In this document: positions 48,327 through 56,084 of the stretch, one piece after another
How positions within the stretch are numbered: position 1 is the stretch's first letter
Layout of the letters: each line of letters begins with the position of its first letter
Source of the DNA: a phage
Length of the DNA: 64,000 nucleotides
Sequence record: PX645697.1
Strand: one strand, 5' to 3'
Made by a program: the position numbers and the translations under genes
Notes under the pieces: generated by a model
What the model saw: only the letters and a program-made list of their open reading frames with translations
What the model was told of the DNA's origin: nothing
The model's database searches: none

Positions 48327-49523
48327 TTATTTTCCTAAAAATAATCCGCTCATAATACCATCCCACTCAGAGGATGGAATCACTGAATACACTGAACTTT
48401 GGTCCAGAGTTCCACTACTAAATCGTTGAACGATGTTATAGATGTTGAACAGATCTTTAGTCTCAGCACGAATGCCGTAGATTAGACTATTAGCTGTTCT
48501 TTCATCTTTAGACACTCGACGGGTAAAGTTAATCAGAAGGTTGTCACATTTCAGGATTTCTGATTCACTCTCTACTAAGTCGGGGTGCATCACCGGCAAG
48601 AACATCGAGTTATTAACTCGTAATTCTGCTGTTTCATCATTCTCATAATGAATCCACTTAAAATCTTCATCACGGAAATGACCACACCCATCTCTATATG
48701 ACTGTTGACGCCAAGGCACTTGAAATGCTTCAGCATACTTATTAGCCATGCCAACTGTAAACAGCGACGCTGGGAAGATACAAGCATCCCAATCATTACC
48801 AACCAGAGTTGCTTTCGTTTCACCTAAGAGGTTAGTGTAAGTGCTAACCATTCGTGAGTAAACGTAAGCCTGAAGAATTGTCCATCCTTCAACCAACCAT
48901 TTATGGAGGAAGGTTTCAACTTGACTCTCTTCATCTTCACAATAGAAGGTTCGATCTAACATCAAATAGAATAGACAACGATCAGCAGGAACATTTTCAG
49001 TTGCTACCCCCATAAAACCTTTATCGTGCCAGCGTAAACAGGAGGGACGATCTTTGTCCACAAATGCTTCCATAGCTTCCAGTACAGCACGAGGTGTGGT
49101 TCGATGTTCAGGGTTTTTGTCGTTCCAACGTTCGATGTTATTCTTGGGAGGTGTGTCTTCATCTTCATACGAACACCAACTTAAAGCTTCAGCTACATGC
49201 TTTTCATCACGCCAACGTCTAAAACCTAACATCTTCATATGAGTTCCGGAGTTCCAGATATGCTTGATTTTACACATATCCATCTCTCGGCTTAACAGGA
49301 ACTCTTCCCCATCAGCACTACGAACGTTAGCTTCTTCATGCCACACTCGAACGTGCATATTCCATCCATGAGTTGCCTCATACATGTTAGGGTCGAAGTA
49401 TTCATCTTCGTAATCATCTTCATCAACGCCACCATTATAGTTGCGAAGCTGAAGGAACCCATAACAAGGAGGGTGGACCGTTAAAACATTACCTTCAGTA
49501 TCTTCTAATGTTACTGGAAACAT
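48327..49523 (-). CDS. hypothetical protein
   Basis: Track ORF. Confidence 0.35.
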   Translation of the reverse strand: MFPVTLEDTEGNVLTVHPPCYGFLQLRNYNGGVDEDDYEDEYFDPNMYEATHGWNMHVRVWHEEANVRSADGEEFLLSREMDMCKIKHIWNSGTHMKMLGFRRWRDEKHVAEALSWCSYEDEDTPPKNNIERWNDKNPEHRTTPRAVLEAMEAFVDKDRPSCLRWHDKGFMGVATENVPADRCLFYLMLDRTFYCEDEESQVETFLHKWLVEGWTILQAYVYSRMVSTYTNLLGETKATLVGNDWDACIFPASLFTVGMANKYAEAFQVPWRQQSYRDGCGHFRDEDFKWIHYENDETAELRVNNSMFLPVMHPDLVESESEILKCDNLLINFTRRVSKDERTANSLIYGIRAETKDLFNIYNIVQRFSSGTLDQSSVYSVIPSSEWDGIMSGLFLGK

Positions 49524-49534
49524 TATACCAACCT

Positions 49535-49897
49535 CTATTGGTTTTTAATCAACTCAATTGACTTACGGATATAAAGAATATCTCGGAAGTTTCTGTAGTT
49601 GTTCATAAATTGGTGCTTCTGGAAAGTAGCTTCTTCCAGAGCTTTCTTTGCTTCTGCGTAGTTTTTACGGGCAAGATGTACAACCCGCTCTGGTAACGTA
49701 TTTGCATGACGGATGACATACTTGTGAGCTTTCATGTTGCTTTGCTCACGAGCAATCTTACCTTTAGCAACTTTGATACCATTTGCAATCCAAGCAAGTT
49801 CTTGCTCAAGATCATCGTTGGACATTCCACCGAGATTTGATGCAACCTTGTTCAGAGTTTCAATATTAACGTTGCCCTTAATGGGACGTGTATTCAT
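49535..49897 (-). CDS. hypothetical protein
   Basis: Track ORF. Confidence 0.35.
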   Translation of the reverse strand: MNTRPIKGNVNIETLNKVASNLGGMSNDDLEQELAWIANGIKVAKGKIAREQSNMKAHKYVIRHANTLPERVVHLARKNYAEAKKALEEATFQKHQFMNNYRNFRDILYIRKSIELIKNQ

Positions 49898-49899
49898 AC

Positions 49900-50052
49900 T
49901 TACTCCTGTTGTTTACACTCGTCAATAACCCACTGATAAGTGGATTGCCCAGAAAAGAAACACTGAATAAATCCAGATGTTCTCTGCGTTACCAGTGCTA
50001 GTGCACAAATCACTACCGCTGCTGCTAGCAGTTTTAAATCTAATTTAGACAT
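49900..50052 (-). CDS. small membrane protein, 50 aa (not in track)
   Basis: Hand translation MSKLDLKLLAAAVVICALALVTQRTSGFIQCFFSGQSTYQWVIDECKQQE; stop 2 nt before next ATG. Confidence 0.4.
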   Translation of the reverse strand: MSKLDLKLLAAAVVICALALVTQRTSGFIQCFFSGQSTYQWVIDECKQQE

Positions 50053-50166
50053 ATTTCCTCTCATTGAATTTAAAAAAGGACTCTCCTAAAAGAGCCAAGC
50101 TTTAAATCCAAAAAAAGATATTACCCAATATCTGTGGATAACCTGCTCTTAAAATATCTATCCGAC

Positions 50167-50281
50167 GGATGTTCGAGGATTATTCCTCTCCCTAGCATCG
50201 GCCCCATACGGGAAATATATTAAGATTAGGTTAGTTGAGCCAGAATAGCTCACATAGCCCTCTGATACTCACAAGGGCTAT
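50167..50281 (-). repeat. conserved 3' element, copy A (GGATGTTCGAG, CTCTCCCTAGC blocks and 8-bp-stem hairpin ATAGCCCT/AGGGCTAT)
   Basis: Hairpin begins 5 nt after stop of gene 50287..50538; element repeated at 55248-55348. Confidence 0.5.
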
Positions 50282-50286
50282 AGATG

Positions 50287-50538
50287 TTACTCTGTGGCTC
50301 CGTCGAAGCGGAGGATTGCTGTTGGAACAGGAATCACAACCATATCAATCTCTAAACGGAAGAGATGACCCGTACTTAGCTGAACTGCTGTTACCGGTTT
50401 AGCGATACCACCAACAGATGCTGAGGGGATTCGAATAAAGAAATCCCCCGGATATTCCGTTGCACGAAATACATCTCCCGGTGACATATCCTTTACTTGG
50501 ATAATTGATTCAGGAGGGGTTTTATTAGCAATTTGCAT
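50287..50538 (-). CDS. small protein, early-region paralog family
   Basis: ...VKDMSPGDVFRATEYPGDFFIRI... Confidence 0.4.
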   Translation of the reverse strand: MQIANKTPPESIIQVKDMSPGDVFRATEYPGDFFIRIPSASVGGIAKPVTAVQLSTGHLFRLEIDMVVIPVPTAILRFDGATE

Positions 50539-50771
50539 TACAGACCTTTCTTAGCACGATCTTTGGCAGTTTTACCAGTGCGGATGCGATGGGAAACGTT
50601 AACCAGAGTGCCACCGTCAACCACGGTAACGCTCTTGTTTTTAGCCAGATCGAACACAGTCTTCTCTGTGCCACCCAAGCGAATTTGCTTAGGTTCACTG
50701 AAGGTTTGGGTTGATTTGGATTGGAACTGGAACGGTTGACGGATTGCATCAATTGCACTTACTTTAGACAT
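50538..50771 (-). CDS. hypothetical protein
   Basis: Track ORF; stop overlaps next start (TAATG). Confidence 0.4.
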   Translation of the reverse strand: MSKVSAIDAIRQPFQFQSKSTQTFSEPKQIRLGGTEKTVFDLAKNKSVTVVDGGTLVNVSHRIRTGKTAKDRAKKGL

Positions 50772-51005
50772 AGGGGAAATTCCTTAAAAAGTCATGGCTG
50801 CGTAGAGGGAATTCCCTACGCAAATTGGGCCGCCCACAGAGAGGCGTCATAGTACTAAAAGGAGGAGAGAAGAGGGCTTATTTAGCTACCTTTTTCTGTC
50901 CGTTTACAAACCAGATGATTGAACCATCAGGCTGCCGTTGACCGAAGCCTTTCATGTTGGTCATTTCTTCTGTAGAATCATTAAATGTGATCACTTGTTT
51001 TCCTA

Positions 51006-51218
51006 TTAACAGGCGTAGTTACGTAGGTATACATGCTGATCTCTCAGCACCTCACCAAGAAAAGATTTGTAATCTTCTGTTATGCCAGAATAAAACTTCT
51101 CTTTAGCTTCTCCTTCGGACACTTTCCACAACTTAGAAAGCTGATTGAACAATACTTCCTCAGAGGAGAATAGTAGGTATGCATTCTGGATGAGTATATC
51201 TTTCTCTTCTTGAGTCAT
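51006..51218 (-). CDS. hypothetical protein
   Basis: Track ORF. Confidence 0.35.
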   Translation of the reverse strand: MTQEEKDILIQNAYLLFSSEEVLFNQLSKLWKVSEGEAKEKFYSGITEDYKSFLGEVLRDQHVYLRNYAC

Positions 51219-51227
51219 AGAACACCC

Positions 51228-51473
51228 TTACATTGGAGTTAAGATGATCTCTGCTTTGGTATACTTCACACCAACTTCAAGAGTGTCAGCAACGGGACGA
51301 GGAACGCCTGTCCCAAGACAAACAGCTCTTCGATACCCTCCAGTCACAGGCATCATCAAATAGATGATCTGATTATCATCTTCTTTTAAAGTAAAGATGT
51401 CAGCGACTGATAAGTCTTTAACAAAGAGTTTCTTTTCTTCTTTGTGACGGACCTTGATATGTATTGTGCTCAT
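51228..51473 (-). CDS. small protein, early-region paralog family
   Basis: ...VKDLSVADIFTLKEDDNQIIYLM... Confidence 0.4.
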   Translation of the reverse strand: MSTIHIKVRHKEEKKLFVKDLSVADIFTLKEDDNQIIYLMMPVTGGYRRAVCLGTGVPRPVADTLEVGVKYTKAEIILTPM

Positions 51474-51475
51474 AC

Positions 51476-51721
51476 CTACTCCTGAACCACAGACATACGA
51501 ATCATTTCCACCGGAGTGTCACCCTTCATAACACCCAGCACACCAGTCAGTAGGTTAACTGTAGTAATCCAACCCTCTTCTACAGAGATCTTGTTGGACA
51601 CATTATTAACACGCATGTAATACTGAGGTGATGCTGTACCCCGCTGAACTACGAAAGGGTTTCCGGGGATGATAGTATCCAGCGGATGTGTGTTATCTTT
51701 GACCTTGGGGATAATTTTCAT
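51476..51721 (-). CDS. small protein, possible family member
   Basis: Track ORF. Confidence 0.35.
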   Translation of the reverse strand: MKIIPKVKDNTHPLDTIIPGNPFVVQRGTASPQYYMRVNNVSNKISVEEGWITTVNLLTGVLGVMKGDTPVEMIRMSVVQE

Positions 51722-51729
51722 CTTGATTC

Positions 51730-52041
51730 CTATTTAAGTTTAAGGCTGATATTAAGGTGCATACACGCCCTATTCTGTACAGCGGCATAACTTCTACCGA
51801 GTATGTCGGCCATTCTCTGAATAGGCATGAACCCAGCGTTACGAATAACAAACTGATCTTCTTCTTCTGTCCACTTGACACGAACAGTAGCTCTTGATAT
51901 ATCGAACTTGGTACAGGCTGTGTTAACAGCATTCTCCGTTACATTCATAATCTGAGCAACTTCTTGAACCGAGTACTCTTTGATTAGTCTCCGAAGATTT
52001 TCAATCTGCATCGGAGTCCATATAGTTCTTCGTGCTTTCAT
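51730..52041 (-). CDS. tandem HTH-like protein, putative transcription regulator
   Basis: Two repeats WTPMQIENLRRLIKEYSVQEVAQIMNVTENAVNT / WTEEEDQFVIRNAGFMPIQRMADILGRSYAAVQNRA. Confidence 0.35.
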   Translation of the reverse strand: MKARRTIWTPMQIENLRRLIKEYSVQEVAQIMNVTENAVNTACTKFDISRATVRVKWTEEEDQFVIRNAGFMPIQRMADILGRSYAAVQNRACMHLNISLKLK

Positions 52042-52593
52042 ACATCCTCCAATTAATTGTTAAAACTATCAGGGGAGCACACTAGCTCTGGGCCACGCTG
52101 TAGACATCGGCCTACCTTCCACAGCTAATCAGCTAATGTACTCTCCTAATAGTTTATGAATAGGGGGAGGGGACGAATCCTCCCTTATCCTATTAATTAG
52201 TGTTGCATGTAAGATCTAACAATCGGTTGCCTTTGTAGGAATAAGCGTAAAGCTAATCCAGCACTAAACTCCCGCCCCCTTAGTGGGCTGGGTTATTAAA
52301 GGGTAACGCCCTTATGGGCTAGTTACGTGAATGTTAGTTTGATAGGAGATCTGAAGTCCTATCTCAAAGGACTCTCGTAAGAATCCTTCACGATAGTCAC
52401 GCTTTGAGCGTGGTACAGATTAATGTTGCATGACGTTGATTATATAACTCAAAATATCGAGGCTTTCTCCAATCTCGATCTCTCATAAAGGATTGTAGGA
52501 TGAAATGTCTATCACATCCCAGCCATTCCGATACATCTATAGCTAACCTGATTGGAGACCCTCTAAACTCTCTTCGCTCCACACTAACCTCTA

Positions 52594-52767
52594 TTAGCAA
52601 GACTCATCACAAGGTTGATCACCACATGTTTTACAAATCACGGGTGAATAACTACAGGCAGGATACACTGACACACCATCAAACGTCTCACACCCACAAT
52701 CAGGGCATGTACCGTTGGATTCCATGTCATCATCATCATATACTTCACCGCCACCATAACAGCTCAT
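52594..52767 (-). CDS. small Cys-rich zinc-ribbon protein, 57 aa (not in track)
   Basis: Hand translation MSCYGGGEVYDDDDMESNGTCPDCGCETFDGVSVYPACSYSPVICKTCGDQPCDESC; AAGGAG 6 nt upstream. Confidence 0.45.
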   Translation of the reverse strand: MSCYGGGEVYDDDDMESNGTCPDCGCETFDGVSVYPACSYSPVICKTCGDQPCDESC

Positions 52768-52776
52768 ATGAACTCC

Positions 52777-52998
52777 TTAGTAAACTAAACCTATAGCCTT
52801 TGCATCAGGCTGAGGGACTACTTTTGCACTAGGGCGATAGCCATCCACTGAGCCATTCCAAAGATTGACACAGGTGATATACCCATCGTTCAAGTAGTCT
52901 GTTTTAATCCAGAAGTGTTTATCGTGACCAAAAATACTTCCGTTTGGCAGTGTGGACAGTTCAACAGTTTTAAGTGACTGCTTAGAGTCTAGTTTCAT
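52777..52998 (-). CDS. small protein, early-region paralog family
   Basis: ...STLPNGSIFGHDKHFWIKTD... Confidence 0.4.
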   Translation of the reverse strand: MKLDSKQSLKTVELSTLPNGSIFGHDKHFWIKTDYLNDGYITCVNLWNGSVDGYRPSAKVVPQPDAKAIGLVY

Positions 52999-53005
52999 AA
53001 TAACC

Positions 53006-53254
53006 TCAATTATCGTAGCATGTATTCCAATACATGTAGTTAACGTACGTTCTCGGTTTGATTCCGTACATGATGAAGTGAGTCTTCTTGATCCTTTCCT
53101 TCAGCGTGTAATAAAGGCCATCACTGAAGTTACCAACCTTTACTTGGAAGCGTAAGGAGCGAGCATCCATTCGAAGCATGGAAATTAGCTGTACCCTACT
53201 ACCTCCAGCCATCTCTTCAAGAAGCTTCTTTGTATTCCAATAATGAGCTGTCAT
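53006..53254 (-). CDS. hypothetical protein
   Basis: Track ORF. Confidence 0.35.
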   Translation of the reverse strand: MTAHYWNTKKLLEEMAGGSRVQLISMLRMDARSLRFQVKVGNFSDGLYYTLKERIKKTHFIMYGIKPRTYVNYMYWNTCYDN

Positions 53255-53255
53255 A

Positions 53256-53543
53256 TTACCACTCCTTACCGGTTGTTGTTACAGAACCACCACACCACTG
53301 CGCATCGGATAAGGTTTTAGTCTCCTCATCTACTGCTGCACCATTCAGGCATGAGATACCACTGTAACGCATATCAATTTCACCAGAAGGAACCTTCTCG
53401 CCCTTATGCCAGCGAGATACGCAAACACCTTCCACTGCTACTGCACACCATCCATCAGGACGGCTCTGTACGCAGCCTGTAAGGGCTATGCAGACGATGA
53501 AGATACAGATTAAGGATATTACACCACCCCAACTCATAACCAC
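53256..53543 (-). CDS. lipoprotein candidate
   Basis: Signal-like N-terminus ending in lipobox ALTGC. Confidence 0.4.
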   Translation of the reverse strand: MVMSWGGVISLICIFIVCIALTGCVQSRPDGWCAVAVEGVCVSRWHKGEKVPSGEIDMRYSGISCLNGAAVDEETKTLSDAQWCGGSVTTTGKEW

Positions 53544-53642
53544 CTCTCATTCAATTTGGCGCACCGTGGAGGATTCTAACCTCCAACCAATTTCTTAGAA
53601 GGAAACTGCTCTATACAATTGAGCTAACGGCGCTGGATTTGT

Positions 53643-53957
53643 TTACAAGGAGAAGGACTTCTTGCAATCTTTCTCTTCAAAAGTGTAGTAGCCCGTTGCA
53701 TCAGGGAAGTAGGCATACTTTATTTCTTTGCCATCTACAGCCATGATACGATTACCAGAGGTCGTTTCAACAAACAGAAGCCCATCTCTTACCATACCGT
53801 GAGCTTCTTTAATATCAGTTAAGCTGTGTTCTTTAAGGACACATTGCTGGACACTCTGATACTTAACCCCAATCTCTGCACTGTTAACAGAGACAATACC
53901 AATGGTTGTCATCAGCATCAAGGTTGATATGATAAAATGCTTCTGCTTCACGTTCAC
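53643..53957 (-). CDS. secreted/periplasmic protein candidate
   Basis: N-terminal signal-like segment FIISTLMLMTTIGIVSVNSA. Confidence 0.4.
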   Translation of the reverse strand: MNVKQKHFIISTLMLMTTIGIVSVNSAEIGVKYQSVQQCVLKEHSLTDIKEAHGMVRDGLLFVETTSGNRIMAVDGKEIKYAYFPDATGYYTFEEKDCKKSFSL

Positions 53958-53964
53958 CTCTTAT

Positions 53965-54174
53965 TTAACTGAAAATATGCAAGGCCACATCATGACCGAT
54001 ATGACCGGGAACTTTATGCTGTTCTATTTTCAAACAGAGTTTACAGACACGAGATACACGAGACTCTTTCGCTTCAACTGGAGTGTCTGTAGCGTGAGTG
54101 ATATGTAGGTTTTCAGTGATCACCCACTCGTGTTTACATCCAGAATCTTCGGGCTTTTTCTTACGAAAGAACAT
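53965..54174 (-). CDS. hypothetical small protein
   Basis: Track ORF. Confidence 0.3.
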   Translation of the reverse strand: MFFRKKKPEDSGCKHEWVITENLHITHATDTPVEAKESRVSRVCKLCLKIEQHKVPGHIGHDVALHIFS

Positions 54175-54182
54175 AACACCCC

Positions 54183-54344
54183 TTAGATTATGTCACGATG
54201 ACTAACTTCACCACACACCTTACACTGGATAATGTAACGTGTGCCCTTGTCATTGTTTCCATCTGAATCTGTATAGACCAGAGGGCGAGTATTAATAATC
54301 TTCCAATCATGACAATGAAAGACACGCTTTAGCCACTTGAACAT
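54183..54344 (-). CDS. small zinc-ribbon protein
   Basis: Track ORF trimmed to ATG 54344; HCHDW...CKVCG. Confidence 0.3.
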   Translation of the reverse strand: MFKWLKRVFHCHDWKIINTRPLVYTDSDGNNDKGTRYIIQCKVCGEVSHRDII

Positions 54345-54351
54345 ATTAACC

Positions 54352-54603
54352 TCAAGCACAAGCAGGGAGAGTGATGATTTTATACTTGCCTTCAAACTCT
54401 CCAAATAAACCCAAGAATGTAGGACTGTAAGTACCAGTACAAACAAACTCATCAAACAGTGCGTTATAGCTAGGCTTAATCTTCCAAGCCCATACATAAC
54501 CCATCTTGTCAATTGCAATGTAACGAGTGTTCAGAGGAACAGTCATCATCACATCATCAACTTCGATCACTTTAGTGATTGGTGCAGCTTGGAAGTTTTT
54601 CAT
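54352..54603 (-). CDS. hypothetical protein
   Basis: Track ORF; start overlaps stop of upstream small gene. Confidence 0.4.
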   Translation of the reverse strand: MKNFQAAPITKVIEVDDVMMTVPLNTRYIAIDKMGYVWAWKIKPSYNALFDEFVCTGTYSPTFLGLFGEFEGKYKIITLPACA

Positions 54604-54776
54604 ACTTTACCTTTAATAAAAATGTCATTACCACAGACACAGCATGAACGAACAACAGTAGCGCCACGCTGAACGATGCGAACCTCTTCTTTAACCAGAT
54701 TGACACGAGCACCACAGCAAGGAGAGTTGACATAAGAGTAACCGGCTTGTGTATTCTTGATTGTTTGCTTAGACAT
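54600..54776 (-). CDS. small zinc-ribbon protein, 58 aa (not in track)
   Basis: Hand translation MSKQTIKNTQAGYSYVNSPCCGARVNLVKEEVRIVQRGATVVRSCCVCGNDIFIKGKV; stop TGA overlaps next ATG. Confidence 0.45.
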   Translation of the reverse strand: MSKQTIKNTQAGYSYVNSPCCGARVNLVKEEVRIVQRGATVVRSCCVCGNDIFIKGKV

Positions 54777-54820
54777 TTGAGCTTCCTCTTGTTAGTTTAA
54801 GTAAGAGCTGTCCCTTAATT

Positions 54821-54849
54821 AAAACAACAAAGGCCACCCGAAGGCAGCC
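54821..54849 (-). terminator. rho-independent terminator
   Basis: Minus-strand GGCUGCC-uucg-GGUGGCC (two G-U pairs) followed by UUUGUUGUUUU. Confidence 0.45.
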
Positions 54850-55247
54850 CTTTATTAAATCAGTTATTGTAAACCCAACCACCTTGACGTTTACGGATGT
54901 TACCCATCAGACGCAGCATGGCAGATTCAATCTTCAGAGCACCATTTGTTACTGCATCCATACGTTCAGGGCGGTTCATACGTTTGGTTGATACTTTCAT
55001 ACACATCTCTCTTTGTTAGTGGAGGCATTATTGCCAGTTGATATAAGGGATAGCCCTAGTCAGGAGGCTAATTCTGACCGCGCACTCATTGCCGACCTTC
55101 TCTGCCTAAGAGTTCAGGTTCTAGAGCTATCTCTTATCCCAACTGGTGAAGACTCCCTACCCCTAGGAAGTCTCCTGAATCCCAAACCAATATGTACCCC
55201 TACATATCGGAAATCTTTCGAAAATTAACAGGTTTTAGTCTAGCACC

Positions 55248-55348
55248 GGATGTTCGAGCAAGCTCTCCCTAGCGGTGTGGCATATGCCTGAATTAATAAG
55301 TTAATGAGGAACACCCTCACATAGCCCTCTGATAAACACAAGGGCTAT
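55248..55348 (-). repeat. conserved 3' element, copy B
   Basis: Same three blocks and ATAGCCCT/AGGGCTAT hairpin, ending 9 nt after stop of gene 55358..55576. Confidence 0.5.
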
Positions 55349-55357
55349 AAGTCGGTG

Positions 55358-55576
55358 TTACTTTTGAGTCACATGAAGATCAGGGCGAGGTGTAACAGTG
55401 GTGCCACCCTTAAAAAGACCAACATAACCAGTACGAAGATTGGCTGCTTTATGTGAACCATTATTTGCTACCTCTTCAAGCAGCAACCAGAACCGGCTAT
55501 CATAAAAGAAAACCGACCCACTTTCTAGATCACATATTTTTGAAAACTTAAGAGGTTTACCTTCATTGATTTCCAT
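55358..55576 (-). CDS. small protein, early-region paralog family
   Basis: ...ICDLESGSVFFYDSRFWLLLEE... Confidence 0.4.
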   Translation of the reverse strand: MEINEGKPLKFSKICDLESGSVFFYDSRFWLLLEEVANNGSHKAANLRTGYVGLFKGGTTVTPRPDLHVTQK

Positions 55577-55834
55577 TTACTTACCTTTATTAGTAATAAC
55601 AACATCATGAAGCACAACAGCAGGGAGGTTGGAGTTGAGTTTCATAACCTGATTGGTATTTAAACTCAGAACCGTGCACCCTTCATCGCGAGGCTTAGTC
55701 TCTGTCACATGTGGTGTGAAGAGTTGTACAATCATGTAATAATCGATACATGTTGACTTTACTTGGAACACATCACCAAGTTTCAAATCACCTACACACA
55801 ACTTATTAACCTTAGGATTAAGATCAATCTTCAT
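55577..55834 (-). CDS. small protein, early-region paralog family
   Basis: ...VGDLKLGDVFQVKSTCIDYYMIV... Confidence 0.4.
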   Translation of the reverse strand: MKIDLNPKVNKLCVGDLKLGDVFQVKSTCIDYYMIVQLFTPHVTETKPRDEGCTVLSLNTNQVMKLNSNLPAVVLHDVVITNKGK

Positions 55835-56084
55835 CTTTAGCCTCGATGTTAGTTATGTGGAGATCGTTGCGCACTTGGCAGACTTCATCACGATTAATAG
55901 GGATGAGTTTTCCAGTGACTACATCAACGCAGTTCACATAATTATCTGCATATAAAGAATCGGTTCGAATATAAAGGAACCCTTTAGACTCAAAGAGAAC
56001 CCCCGGCTTCATGTTATTTAAGCGAAGCATTGTACGGTTAGGTTTAATATTAACCTTCACTGTTAATCTCCTGCTGCTTAGCAA
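55824..56084 (-). CDS. small protein, early-region paralog family
   Basis: ...LNNMKPGVLFESKGFLYIRTD... Confidence 0.4.
   Translation of the reverse strand: MLSSRRLTVKVNIKPNRTMLRLNNMKPGVLFESKGFLYIRTDSLYADNYVNCVDVVTGKLIPINRDEVCQVRNDLHITNIEAKDED

Noticed and set aside
50134-50142. Perfect DnaA-box-like 9-mer TGTGGATAA
   Set aside because: Single isolated copy; a given 9-mer is expected about 0.5 times by chance in 64 kb on two strands, and no clustered boxes or AT-rich unwinding element accompany it.
55013-55228. Plus-strand ORF in the gap before repeat element B; similarly 57035..57235, 52500..52796, 50533..50739 and 58951..59454
   Set aside because: Low-complexity translations on the strand opposite the gene array; 52500..52796 overlaps a well-supported minus-strand zinc-ribbon gene; 58951..59454 is antisense to 58533..59432.
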